A stretch of DNA of 64,000 nucleotides from Planctomycetota bacterium (GTDB lineage: Bacteria; Planctomycetota; UBA1135; UBA2386): contig OZ245838.1 in the NCBI GenBank assembly GCA_965228735.1, positions 1,536,001 through 1,600,000 of the forward strand, given 5' to 3'. This document shows, piece after piece, positions 1-9,427 of the stretch. The notes under the pieces are model-generated. The model was not told the origin of the DNA. It made no database searches and saw only the letters and a list, made by a program, of their open reading frames with translations. The position numbers and the translations under genes were made by a program. Every line of letters starts with the position of its first letter. Position 1 is the stretch's first letter.

Positions 1-102
1 GGTGCCGTGCGAACTCGGGTCGTTGACGTTGGCGATCTGACCCTGGGCCGAGACCGCGGCCAGCAGGGCGATGGAGGTGAGGGTGGTAGGGAGGATTCTC
101 AT
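1..102 (-). CDS. 5' end of a secreted protein (partial; runs off the window start)
   Basis: My translation from ATG at 102 gives MRILPTTLTSIALLAAVSAQGQIANVNDPSSHGT, a signal-peptide-like N-terminus. Frame is open to position 1. Confidence 0.6.
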   Translation of the reverse strand, partial: MRILPTTLTSIALLAAVSAQGQIANVNDPSSHGT

Positions 103-234
103 CGAACGGATGGGGTGCTGTCCTGGGGCCAGGCGAGGCGGACAGCCGTGCAGGAGTATACCCGCGGAATCGTGCCCGGGCAGGGCGCCAATCCCTCGTT
201 GCGAAGGACCGTTACGGGACCCTACCCTCCGAAC

Positions 235-1497
235 TTGGCACCGCTCGAACGGCAACTCCGGCTGCTCCGCGCCTTCGGGTACGTGACGTACCCGTTCGCG
301 TGCGTGCCGTTCCTCTTCCTGTATTTCCAGCGCCACGGGATCGACCAGGCGGGCTTCGGCGAGCTGATCGCGGGCTACTACGTCGCGATGTTCGCCGCGG
401 AGATCCCGACCGGCATCCTCGCGGACCGACTCGGGCCGCGGCGCATGCTGATCCTCGGCCCGCTGCTGCTGAGCGCGGGGTTCGGCATCCTGCTGCTCGT
501 CCCGACCTACGGCGGCTTCCTCGCGGGCGAGGCGCTGCTCGGCTGCGCCCACGCCGTGCTCTCCGGTCCGCCCGCCGTCATGCTCTACGAGTCGCTGCGG
601 CAGCAGCAGCAGGAGACCCGTTTCCTCGCCGAGGAGAGCCGCATCAACGCCCGCCGGCTCTACGGGACGGGCGCGTCGTTCCTGCTCGGCGGGCTGCTCG
701 CGCGCCTGTTCGGCGACGACGTCGCAGGGCCGGCATACGACCTGACGATCTGGCTCACCTGCGGCCTCACGGCGTCGGCCGCCGCGATCGCGTTCGGACT
801 GCGACCACAGCCGGGCCGCCCCGTCGACCGCGACTTCCTGCGCCGCGCGGCGACCGACCTGCGCAGCCCCGCCGTGGTCTGGCTGCTCGGCTACTGGGTC
901 GTGCTCTTCGCACTGCTGCGGTATCCGTTCCACAACTACCAGCCCTACATGGCGGCGGCGTCCGAGGTCGAGCCGTTGCTCGGTGATCCGCTGGTCGTCG
1001 GGATCCTCTTCGCGCTGATGAACCTCCTCGCGGCGCCGCTGAGCTCGCACGTGCCGCGCCTCGTCCGCCGTCACGGCCGCCTCGCGATCTTCCTCGGTAT
1101 GCCGCTCGTGCTCGCGGGCTCGCTCATCGTGATGGGCTACGAGCGTCACGCCGCGGAGACGGCCACGACGTGGCGCGCGCTCGCGTGGGTCGGCGTGCTC
1201 ATGTTCTTCGTGCAGCAGGTGCCGTTCGGGCTGCACACGGCCCTCCTGCAGGAGTTCGTGAACAGCCGCATCGGCAGCGCGGCACGGACGACGGTGTTGT
1301 CGGTCTTGTCGCTCGGCGCCCGCCTCGTCTATGCGGGCTGCAACGTGCTGCTGTTCGGCTCGCAGCAGGCCTACGGCATGGCGACGACGATGTTCTGGGC
1401 CGGCGGCATCGGCGCCGGCGCCGCGATCCTCATCGTCTGGCTGCGGCCGAGGGGCACGTTCCGCGGCGAGGGCAGGCTCGACGACCGCCTCGTCTGA
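235..1497 (+). CDS. MFS transporter
   Basis: About 12 hydrophobic segments; MFS motif A-like EIPTGILADRLGPRR. Start estimated at TTG 235 within ORF 7..1497. Confidence 0.85.
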   Translation: MAPLERQLRLLRAFGYVTYPFACVPFLFLYFQRHGIDQAGFGELIAGYYVAMFAAEIPTGILADRLGPRRMLILGPLLLSAGFGILLLVPTYGGFLAGEALLGCAHAVLSGPPAVMLYESLRQQQQETRFLAEESRINARRLYGTGASFLLGGLLARLFGDDVAGPAYDLTIWLTCGLTASAAAIAFGLRPQPGRPVDRDFLRRAATDLRSPAVVWLLGYWVVLFALLRYPFHNYQPYMAAASEVEPLLGDPLVVGILFALMNLLAAPLSSHVPRLVRRHGRLAIFLGMPLVLAGSLIVMGYERHAAETATTWRALAWVGVLMFFVQQVPFGLHTALLQEFVNSRIGSAARTTVLSVLSLGARLVYAGCNVLLFGSQQAYGMATTMFWAGGIGAGAAILIVWLRPRGTFRGEGRLDDRLV

Positions 1498-1531
1498 CGC
1501 CGGCCCCTGCGTCGGCGCGGGCCCGGAGCGG

Positions 1532-3097
1532 TCAGCGCCCCATGTCGATGAACTCGCCGCCCGTGTCGCGCGCGAGGTCACGCAGGAACGACTTCTGGAA
1601 GTCGCCGATCGCGATCGTGTGGAAGGTCATCCGGTAGGCCTCGTTGAGCGCCTTGACCTCCTTGAGGATCTCGTTCGTGTCGACGAGCGTGCCCGTCGAC
1701 GGCCGGCCGTCGCTGAGGAAGTAGACGGTGTCGATCTTCCAGTCCATCGCCACCTTGCCGGGGCCGGTGACGGGGCCCTTCGGCGGCTTCTCCGGGTCGA
1801 TGCCGAACGCGTACATCAGCGCCTTCATCGTGTTGGTCTTGCCGGCCGCGAGGTTCGCCGCGCCGCCGAGGCCCGACGCCGCGAGCTGCTGCGATTCCGA
1901 CCCGCCGAGCGGCTTGAGGCGCTCGACGAAGCGTTTGGCCGACGACCGGTTGACGACGTTGGCCGGCACGAGCCGCTTCTTCCAGATCTTGATGTCCGTG
2001 GCGAACGCGACGATGTCGAAGTTCGTCGAGTCCGTGAGCCCCTCGATCGTGTTGAGCAGCTCGGTCTGCACGATCGTGAAGCGCTTGCGGTCCTTGTAGC
2101 CCTGGAACTTCTCGACCTCGACGATCATGTCGTCCATCGAGCCGGACTGGTCGATGATGAACAGCACGTTCGTCGACGTCGTCGGGATGCCGGCGAACGA
2201 GTTGCCCGGGCCCTCCTTCTTGCCGTAGAGCTCGTCGTACTTGCGGCGCGACGCCTTCGCCTTCTCGACCTCGGCGTCCGTCGGGATGCGCCAGCCGTCG
2301 ATCTTCATCAGGTTGTTCCAGTGGCTCTGCCAGCGCTCCGGATCGACGCCGAACTCGAACGTCGTGATGAGGAACAGCGCGTCCGAGCACTCGATCTGCA
2401 GACGCCCTTCCTGCTTCATCAGGTCGATGAGCGGCTGGACGGCCGCCTGCGGGCGCAGCTTGCCGAGCGCCTTGACCGCCGCGCTCTGAACCTGCCACTC
2501 GCCGTCGTCGAGCAGCCCGATCACGGCGTCGCTGTGATCCTTCAGGCGCAACTCGCCGACCGCGTCGGCCGCGGCCATGCGCACGGCCGCGCCGTTGTCG
2601 GAGAGCAGCGTGCCGAGCAACCCGGTCTCGCCGGGCACGCCGATGCGCCGCAGCGCGCGCGCGGCCTCGTACTGCACCATGTCGTCGGCCTTCGGGTCGC
2701 CAGCGACCGCTTCGATCGCCGGCACGCCGGCCACGATCTTCGACTGACCGAGCAACATCACGAGTGCCGCGACCTGCTCGTTGTCGCGCATCTCGGGCAG
2801 CTCCTCGATCCACGTCGCGAACGTCGCGGAATCCCGGTAGGTCGCGAGCACGTCGAGCGCCGCCTTGCGAACCGCCTGCGACTTGTGCTTCAGCAGGTCG
2901 AAGAGCTCCTCGGCCGCCGGCTTGCACTCGTTGCCCTTCAGAGTCATCACCGCCTCGACCTGCAGCGCCTCCTCGCGGCTCTTGCGCATGTAGGTCTTGA
3001 ACTCCTTCACCGCGTCGAGGCGCGCCTCGAGTTCGTCCTGGGACGGCAGAGCGGCAGCGAGGAACAACGCGGCGAACAGCAGGACGAATCGGATCAT
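1532..3097 (-). CDS. Secreted HEAT-repeat plus von Willebrand A domain protein
   Basis: Signal peptide; HEAT repeats (VRMAAADAVG, WQVQSAAVKALG); MIDAS motif IIDQSGSM, plus FLSDGRP and GGEF terminus. Confidence 0.85.
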   Translation of the reverse strand: MIRFVLLFAALFLAAALPSQDELEARLDAVKEFKTYMRKSREEALQVEAVMTLKGNECKPAAEELFDLLKHKSQAVRKAALDVLATYRDSATFATWIEELPEMRDNEQVAALVMLLGQSKIVAGVPAIEAVAGDPKADDMVQYEAARALRRIGVPGETGLLGTLLSDNGAAVRMAAADAVGELRLKDHSDAVIGLLDDGEWQVQSAAVKALGKLRPQAAVQPLIDLMKQEGRLQIECSDALFLITTFEFGVDPERWQSHWNNLMKIDGWRIPTDAEVEKAKASRRKYDELYGKKEGPGNSFAGIPTTSTNVLFIIDQSGSMDDMIVEVEKFQGYKDRKRFTIVQTELLNTIEGLTDSTNFDIVAFATDIKIWKKRLVPANVVNRSSAKRFVERLKPLGGSESQQLAASGLGGAANLAAGKTNTMKALMYAFGIDPEKPPKGPVTGPGKVAMDWKIDTVYFLSDGRPSTGTLVDTNEILKEVKALNEAYRMTFHTIAIGDFQKSFLRDLARDTGGEFIDMGR

Positions 3098-3210
3098 GGC
3101 AGGCAGCGAGGGGCGAATCCGTGGCGCCGCGAGAGCGGGCAGCCAGTCGGGATCCGCGGGGTCGGGGTCAGCGGGGTCGGGGTCGGGGTCCGCCGGTCAG
3201 GGTAACGCAA

Positions 3211-3729
3211 TCAGCCGCCGGTCGCCTCTGCCCGCCACCACGACAGCCCCATGTCACGTTCGAATTGTCGCGCGAGGGTCTCGAGGTCGAGACGAGCGTC
3301 CTTGAGCGAGCCGCCACGCTGCGGGCGCAGAACGAACGTGAGGGCGCGTTCCCGGCGCACCTCGACGAGCCAGTCACAGTGCCGGGCCGCAGCGCCGAGT
3401 CGGAGTGATGTCACGACGTGCTCGAGCTCCGCCAGCGCGCTCGCGGACGTCGGCGTCAGTTCGACGCGGGGCAACGTCGCGCGTTCGGGATCGCCGGCGT
3501 CCGCGGCCTCGACCGCGAGCCCGCGCAGACCGCGCAGCACGCGCACGAGCGGATACACCGCCGCATCGAACCCCTCCACCGCCGCGTCGTCCGTGGTCGC
3601 GAGCATCGAGACCGCCCGGGCATCACCGACCCGCTCGCCGCACAGTCCGCACTCGCGAACCGACGCGCCGTCGATCATCACGACCTCGAAGCGGTCGCTG
3701 CCACAATACGGGCACTCGTCCACCCCCAC
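3211..3729 (-). CDS. Hypothetical protein with N-terminal Zn ribbon
   Basis: CPYC...CGLC; co-oriented with both neighbours. Confidence 0.65.
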   Translation of the reverse strand: MGVDECPYCGSDRFEVVMIDGASVRECGLCGERVGDARAVSMLATTDDAAVEGFDAAVYPLVRVLRGLRGLAVEAADAGDPERATLPRVELTPTSASALAELEHVVTSLRLGAAARHCDWLVEVRRERALTFVLRPQRGGSLKDARLDLETLARQFERDMGLSWWRAEATGG

Positions 3730-3780
3730 GTTGTAGGCGGGCGACCTCGATCGCGGAAGGCGCCCCGTGTGGGGCGACCG

Positions 3781-6228
3781 CTACTGGCCGCCGGTCGGGG
3801 CGGCCGGCGTGCCCTCTTCGCGCTGCCGGCGGCGCTCTTCGAGCTGACGCTCGGACACGGCGCGCAGCCACGCGTCCTCTTCGCTCGTCGTGCCGATGCG
3901 CACGCCGGAGTCGTTGTTGCGTTCCTCGATCTCGTTGATCGCGGAGCGTGGCAACATGACGCGGTTCTTCTTGGTCCCGAGGATGATGTGGTCGTCGCGG
4001 ATGCTCTCGAGGATCGCGCCGACGAGGCGGTTGTTGTTCCGCAGCCGAACGGCGCCCGCCGTGGCCTTCTGGAGATCGACGTAATCCGCGGTCCCGAGCC
4101 CCGTCAGGCGCGCGAGGTGGGCGCGCTTGATGCTGACCTCGCCACCGTCGTCGACGCGCAGGGTCACGAACTCGGTGTCCACGGCCTTGACCGAACCGAT
4201 GAAGAAGTTGCCGTTCTCGAGCTGCGCGAACGCACGCGCCCCTGGTCGCAGCCCGTCCATGCCCTCCCGCTCCGGCAGGTCCTCGGAGTTGCCGATCATC
4301 AGATCGTCGCCGGCGCGCAGCAGCGCGGTGCGATCGACCGCCCGGTCGGGTCCGCCCGTCGGCCGCGCCGTCACGGGCACTGGCCACGACGAGGTCTCGC
4401 CCGGCACCGGCGTCGGCACGGGCACGACCTGCGGTCCCGTCGACTCACCGCCACCGGCGACGCCGACACCCGGGTCGGTCTGACCCGGATCCGTCTGGCC
4501 CGGGTCCGTCTGGCCCGGATCGGTCTGACCGGGATCCGTCTGGCCCGGATCGGTCTGACCGGGATCCGTCTGGCCCGGATCGGTCTGACCGGGATCCGAC
4601 TGACCCGGGTCCACCTGGCCCGGATCCGTCGTGCCACCCGTCGTCGGCGCACCCGTGCCGGGGTCCCCGCCAACCGGCTCATCGCCGCCACCCGTCGGCG
4701 CCTCGGTCGTCGCGCCCACGGCAACCGGCAGCGGTGGCTGTTCGACCGCGATCTTCACGACCGGCCGCGCGAGTTGCACGATCTCGACCTTCTCCGGTCC
4801 GAACGAGAGTCCGACGAGCTCGGGCCGCAGCACGAGCGTGGCCGTGCCGAGCCCGACGATCAGCAGCGCCGCCAGCGCCGTGACCGTGCCGAGCAGGCGC
4901 GGGCCATCGCGGTGACCACCGACGACCTCCGGATCGTCCTCGGCCTCGGTGTACAGCTCGTCGTGCTCTTCGGGATCGGCCGACGCCGCGCTCTCGAGCG
5001 GCTCCGGCACGAACGAGTGGTCCGCCTGGCCCTCCTCCTCGACCTCGGCCAGCTGATCGACGTTGTGCTCCGGCAGGGCCTCCCACGACTCGTCGCCGTT
5101 CGGGCCCTCGGCTTCGCCGGCCGACTCCGACAGCTCGCCGATGTACTCGTACTCCATCTCGCCGGCTTCGCCGTCGAGCTCGGCGTCAGCGTCGCCGTCC
5201 GGGTTCATCCGCGCCAGTTCACTCGCCGCATCGAGGACCTGCATCGACTCGGTGTCCTCCGCGACCGGCTCCAGGGTCGGCAGCTCCGCGTCCTGATCCT
5301 GCCAGTCGCCGCCACCCGGACCGGAACCATCGTCGACGACGAACGCCTCCTGGGGCGTGCCGTCGCCGGCGGCGTCGCTGACCTCGAACGTGTCGCCGCC
5401 GACGATCTCGAGCTCGGTGTCGCTGTCGAGGTCGAAGTCGGTCTCGCCGGCCTCCTCGAGCTCCGAGTCGCTCTCGATCTCGAACGCGTCGTCGCCCGCA
5501 AGGGTCCCGCCAGTCGCCCCGGCGCTCGCCGCGTCGAGGTAGCTGCCCATGACGTCCTCGCCCGCGAACTCGGGCTCGGCCGCTGCGGGCCGCTCCGTCG
5601 GCGGGTCGAGCTCGAGCGCGGAGTCGTCCCAAGTCGACTCGTTGCCCTCGTCGAACTGCTGCTTGCCGGGGAACGTCTCCGACGCCTCGACCCGTTGCAT
5701 GTGGTCCTCGAACAGCAGATCGTCCGAGTCGGGCTCACCCGCCGGCGCCTCGGCGCTGGCCTCGACGCCCGGCTCGTCGTCCTCGAACTGCAGCGGCTGA
5801 TTCAGATCGTCGAGACCGCCCGGCCCCACATCCGAACTGCCCACCGCGGCTTCGAGGTCCTCGGCAGCGAACCCGGTCGGGTCGTTGCCGGCCGGCGTCC
5901 CCGCCGCATCCCCGTCGAACGACAGCGGCTCGCCGGCGAGGGCCGCGACGTCGTCGTCGAGCGCGTCGGCCGCGGGCCCATCGAGCGCCAGCTCGTCGCC
6001 CGGTCCGAGATCCTCGGCCATCGGCTCCTGGTCCGGCTCGTCCTCGGCGGCCAGCTCGTCCGGCAGGGCGAACTCGTCGTCGTCCTCCAAATGAGGAGCA
6101 GCCGCACCCGGGGTCGCCGCGGTTTCATCCGACTCGTTGTCGGCTTCGTCTGCGAACAGGTCCTCGTCGAGTGCGAAGTCGTCGAGGAAGTCGTCGTCGT
6201 CGTAGTTCTCGTTCTGCTCGCCGGTCAT
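3781..6228 (-). CDS. Very acidic single-pass membrane protein with xDPGQ repeats
   Basis: Long D/E-rich N-terminus, TM segment LLGTVTALAALLIVGLGTATLVL, Pro/Gly repeat stalk, small beta-rich C-terminal domain. GGAG-like RBS upstream of the ATG. Confidence 0.85.
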   Translation of the reverse strand: MTGEQNENYDDDDFLDDFALDEDLFADEADNESDETAATPGAAAPHLEDDDEFALPDELAAEDEPDQEPMAEDLGPGDELALDGPAADALDDDVAALAGEPLSFDGDAAGTPAGNDPTGFAAEDLEAAVGSSDVGPGGLDDLNQPLQFEDDEPGVEASAEAPAGEPDSDDLLFEDHMQRVEASETFPGKQQFDEGNESTWDDSALELDPPTERPAAAEPEFAGEDVMGSYLDAASAGATGGTLAGDDAFEIESDSELEEAGETDFDLDSDTELEIVGGDTFEVSDAAGDGTPQEAFVVDDGSGPGGGDWQDQDAELPTLEPVAEDTESMQVLDAASELARMNPDGDADAELDGEAGEMEYEYIGELSESAGEAEGPNGDESWEALPEHNVDQLAEVEEEGQADHSFVPEPLESAASADPEEHDELYTEAEDDPEVVGGHRDGPRLLGTVTALAALLIVGLGTATLVLRPELVGLSFGPEKVEIVQLARPVVKIAVEQPPLPVAVGATTEAPTGGGDEPVGGDPGTGAPTTGGTTDPGQVDPGQSDPGQTDPGQTDPGQTDPGQTDPGQTDPGQTDPGQTDPGQTDPGVGVAGGGESTGPQVVPVPTPVPGETSSWPVPVTARPTGGPDRAVDRTALLRAGDDLMIGNSEDLPEREGMDGLRPGARAFAQLENGNFFIGSVKAVDTEFVTLRVDDGGEVSIKRAHLARLTGLGTADYVDLQKATAGAVRLRNNNRLVGAILESIRDDHIILGTKKNRVMLPRSAINEIEERNNDSGVRIGTTSEEDAWLRAVSERQLEERRRQREEGTPAAPTGGQ
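4468..4629 (-). repeat. Coding tandem repeat: 11 x 15 bp ([T/V/S]DPGQ) with a 30-bp higher-order unit
   Basis: gggatccgtctggcccggatcggtctgacc is exact at 4531-4560 and 4561-4590 and near-exact at 4501-4530. Confidence 0.95.
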
Positions 6229-6403
6229 TCCCGTCTCCTAGCGATGGCGGATCTCCCTCTGTATCGGCCATTCGGGTCGTGCGACTGTTGCCGGGTCCGG
6301 GGCGAGGCCGCGCCCGTGGCATGGGCGATTCGGCCATGCTCGCCCCGATTCCGCCGGAATCCGCGGGGAATCGTGCGGCTGCCGGCTGGCCTGGCCGGGC
6401 GGC

Positions 6404-8359
6404 TCAGGCGCCCTTGCTGTCGCGCTCGAGCGCGAGCTCGCGGCTGAGGTCGGACGACGGCAGCAGTCGCCGCACCCCGCCACGCAACACCGTGAGGCCG
6501 AGCGAATCGACGTACTCGAGCAGCGGGATCAGGAACTTCCGGGACGTGTCCAGCCCGTCGCGCAGCTTGGGGATGTCCAGCACCTCGTCGTTGCCGAGGC
6601 AGTTGTCACGGATGCTGTGCAGGACGGAGCGCACGACCTTGGCGCCGTAGAACGTGTTGTCGACCTTCTCGATCCGGCCCTCGTCCTGCGCGCGGTCGAC
6701 GAGCGACAGCAGCGTGTCCCCGCGTGCGCCGACCGCATCGGCGAGCTCCTCGATCGTCGGCGGCCGGAACGCCCGCGACTCGCAGCATTCGATGAGCTCG
6801 TCGAAGACCTGCTGGCGGTCCGGCGGCAGCGGCTTGAGGCGGTCGAGGAACAGGATCTGGCCCTGCCGGCCCGCGCGGATCCGCCCGGCATCCTGCATCC
6901 GCTCGAACACGAAGTCGGCGAGCCCTTGCGGCAACGTGCGCGTCGTCCGCAGCGCGGAGCGCTTGATCGAGGCCGCGTCGGGGCGGCGCGCTAGCATCTT
7001 CGCGACGGACTCGGTGAGCTCGCGTTCGCCCGCGTTCACCGTCGCAGCGAGGTACGCCCGCATCGCGCGGCGGTGCAGCAGCACGTCGTCGAGTTCGTCG
7101 ATCGTCTTGACGACGTCGCCCTCGGGTGCCTCGAGCGCGTGCGCGAGGTCGTCGACGGTGCGACCATCCGGCCCGGCCTGCTCGAGCTCGTGCCGGATGC
7201 GCGCCTCGGGTTTGTTGCCCGCGGCGAGGATGCCCTCGAGCTCGGCCCCGAGGTCCTTGCGGCGGTAGCGCCCCGACTTCGACAACCGCAGCACGCGACC
7301 ACCACCGACGGTGATCGTCGGGTTCTGCAGCCGCAGCAGGAACCGATCGCCGCCCGCGCACGAGACCTCGTCATCGAGCTCGAAGCGCACCGTCGCGGAC
7401 TCGTTCGCGGACAGGATGTCGCGGTTGAGAAGCAGCAGCGTGCCGCGGATCTCGACGGTGCCGACGTGAAAACGGATCGGCTCGCGATGCTTGAGCACCG
7501 GCGACCGTTTCGTGAGTTCGAGCTCGACGTCGACCGCGTCGCCCGAAGCGAAGACGCCGGGCTCGGCGACGATCATGCCGCGCCGCACGCCGGCATCCTT
7601 GGCGTCGGGCACCGACAGCGCCGTGCTGTGGCCGGCGACCGCCTCCTCGACCTTGCCGCCGTAGGCGTGGATGCCGCGCACCTTGATCGTCTCCCCGACC
7701 GGCAGGACCTCGAGCTCCTTGCCGGGGCGCAACGTGCCGGACAACGGGATGCCGGTGACGACGCGCCCGATCCCGGGCAGCGTGAACACGCGCTGGACGG
7801 GCATCCGGAACGGTCCCTGGGCCTGCCGCGGCTCGACACCGAGCGCCAGCTGTTCGAGATGACTGCGCACCGCGTCGATGCCGTCACCCGTGACCGAGCT
7901 CACGCGCATGATCGGCGCATCCGCGAGCACCGTGCCCTGCACCGTCTTGCGGATCTCCTCCTCGGCCATCTCCGCGAGGATCTCGTCGACGAGGTCGATC
8001 TTGGTCATCACGATGAGGCCCGCGCGAACCCCGAGCAGGTGCAAGATGTCGAGGTGCTCGATCGTCTGCGGCATCACGCCATCGTCAGCCGCGACGACGA
8101 GCATCACGAGGTCCAGGCCGGTGCAGCCGGCGACCATGTTGCGCACGAAGCGCTCGTGGCCCGGGACGTCCACGAGCCCGAGCAGCCGGCCATCGCTGAG
8201 CTTGAGTCGCGCGAAGCCGAGATCGATCGTGAGCCCGCGCTCCTTCTCCTCCTTGAGCCGGTCGGGATCGATCCCGGTCAGCGCCTGAACGAGCGAACTC
8301 TTGCCGTGATCGATGTGGCCCGCGGTCCCGGCAACCACCGGATGGATCGACCGGGCCAT
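6404..8359 (-). CDS. selB: Selenocysteine-specific translation elongation factor SelB (divergent)
   Basis: [42 protein letters not shown]-terminal winged-helix [11 protein letters not shown]. Confidence 0.93.
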   Translation of the reverse strand: MARSIHPVVAGTAGHIDHGKSSLVQALTGIDPDRLKEEKERGLTIDLGFARLKLSDGRLLGLVDVPGHERFVRNMVAGCTGLDLVMLVVAADDGVMPQTIEHLDILHLLGVRAGLIVMTKIDLVDEILAEMAEEEIRKTVQGTVLADAPIMRVSSVTGDGIDAVRSHLEQLALGVEPRQAQGPFRMPVQRVFTLPGIGRVVTGIPLSGTLRPGKELEVLPVGETIKVRGIHAYGGKVEEAVAGHSTALSVPDAKDAGVRRGMIVAEPGVFASGDAVDVELELTKRSPVLKHREPIRFHVGTVEIRGTLLLLNRDILSANESATVRFELDDEVSCAGGDRFLLRLQNPTITVGGGRVLRLSKSGRYRRKDLGAELEGILAAGNKPEARIRHELEQAGPDGRTVDDLAHALEAPEGDVVKTIDELDDVLLHRRAMRAYLAATVNAGERELTESVAKMLARRPDAASIKRSALRTTRTLPQGLADFVFERMQDAGRIRAGRQGQILFLDRLKPLPPDRQQVFDELIECCESRAFRPPTIEELADAVGARGDTLLSLVDRAQDEGRIEKVDNTFYGAKVVRSVLHSIRDNCLGNDEVLDIPKLRDGLDTSRKFLIPLLEYVDSLGLTVLRGGVRRLLPSSDLSRELALERDSKGA

Positions 8360-8366
8360 CGCGAAC

Positions 8367-9071
8367 TCAGGCCTGCAGGTAGAGGATCCGCTGGCAAGCG
8401 CCGCACTGGACGACGCTCGACTTCCCCATGAGCTTGGCGATGTCGTTCATCGTGACCTTGCTGTAGCAGCCCTGGCAGTAATTGTCCTCCACCGGACACA
8501 CCGCCATGGCGTCGCGCGTCTTGAACAGCCCCTCGTACAGGTGCACGAGGTCTTCGGCGATACCCTCGGCGACCGCCGTGCGGCGCTGCTGGATCGCCGC
8601 GATGTCGTCCGCGCGGGACGCCCGCAGCGTCTCCGCTTCGGCCAGGAACGTCTCGAAGATCTTGCGCTCCTCGTTCTCGGCCGCCTCGGCCGCAGCGAGC
8701 ACGGCCTTCTGCTCGTCGATGCCTTCGATCAGGCGCAGCGCCTCTTCCTGCGTCGCGTCGCGATCCTTGCGCACCGCCTCGATCTGGAACAGCGTGGCCT
8801 GGTACTCGGCGTTGTTGCGCACCTCGTTGAGACGCGTGTTGAGCTTGTTGATCTCTTCGTCGCCGGTGCGGATCGCGTTCTCGAGCGCCCGGGTGTCGAG
8901 CTCCGTCTTCGTCACCCGCTCGCGCGCGGTCGTGGTCTGCGCCACCAGCTCGTCGAGCTTCTTCCGCCGCTTGGCCTCCTCGGCCGGCAAACTGTCGATG
9001 TCCTTCGTCAGGGACCGAAGTTCCTGATCAACCTTCTGCAGCTCCAGGAGCTTGGCGACGGATGGATGCAA
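8367..9071 (-). CDS. Coiled-coil protein with C4-type zinc ribbon (DUF164/zf-RING_7 family)
   Basis: LLELQKVD N-terminus, long coiled coil, CQGC...CGACQRILY. Start estimated at TTG 9071. Confidence 0.88.
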   Translation of the reverse strand: MHPSVAKLLELQKVDQELRSLTKDIDSLPAEEAKRRKKLDELVAQTTTARERVTKTELDTRALENAIRTGDEEINKLNTRLNEVRNNAEYQATLFQIEAVRKDRDATQEEALRLIEGIDEQKAVLAAAEAAENEERKIFETFLAEAETLRASRADDIAAIQQRRTAVAEGIAEDLVHLYEGLFKTRDAMAVCPVEDNYCQGCYSKVTMNDIAKLMGKSSVVQCGACQRILYLQA

Positions 9072-9276
9072 AGTGTCGTGCAAAAGCCGCGGCATTGCGG
9101 GCGAAGAATCCTAACGAAGCAAGAGAGCCAAACAACCCGACAAAACAGAACAAGAAGGGCGGCGAAGGCGAGCCAGAGGAACCGCGAGGGGAACCCCAGC
9201 GGAAAGACAACCAAGCCCCAAAGCCAAGCCGCGCCCCCCCAGCGTGCCCCGTCTCTCACGCCCAACGCAGTCTTGC

Positions 9277-9350
9277 GCGGCCGTAGGCCGCTTCACCCCC
9301 GCGGCCGTAGGCCGCGGCACGGCCCTCCGGGCCAGCGCCGGCCGCAGGCC
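9277..9350. repeat. Cluster of REP-like mini-palindromes
   Basis: GCGGCC-GTA-GGCCGC at 9277-9291 and 9301-9315; GGCCC-TCC-GGGCC at 9321-9333; GGCC-GCA-GGCC at about 9340-9350. Confidence 0.7.
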
Positions 9351-9427
9351 TCCGTCGGCGGTCGCCAATCCCGCCTACCCCCGCGATACCGGTGTTGATC
9401 CCGCCGACAAAAGAGCAGCTTGCCAGT

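Noticed and set aside
3418..6447. 1009-aa plus-strand ORF and similar long shadow ORFs (33044..36421, 39581..42622, 28658..31795)
   Set aside because: Antisense or alternate-frame shadows of real genes, typical of high-GC DNA; Arg/Ala-rich with no recognisable motifs.
9008..9265. 85-aa hydrophobic ORF on the minus strand
   Set aside because: Its hydrophobicity follows from the A-free tract; codon usage is atypical and it overlaps the Zn-ribbon gene out of frame.
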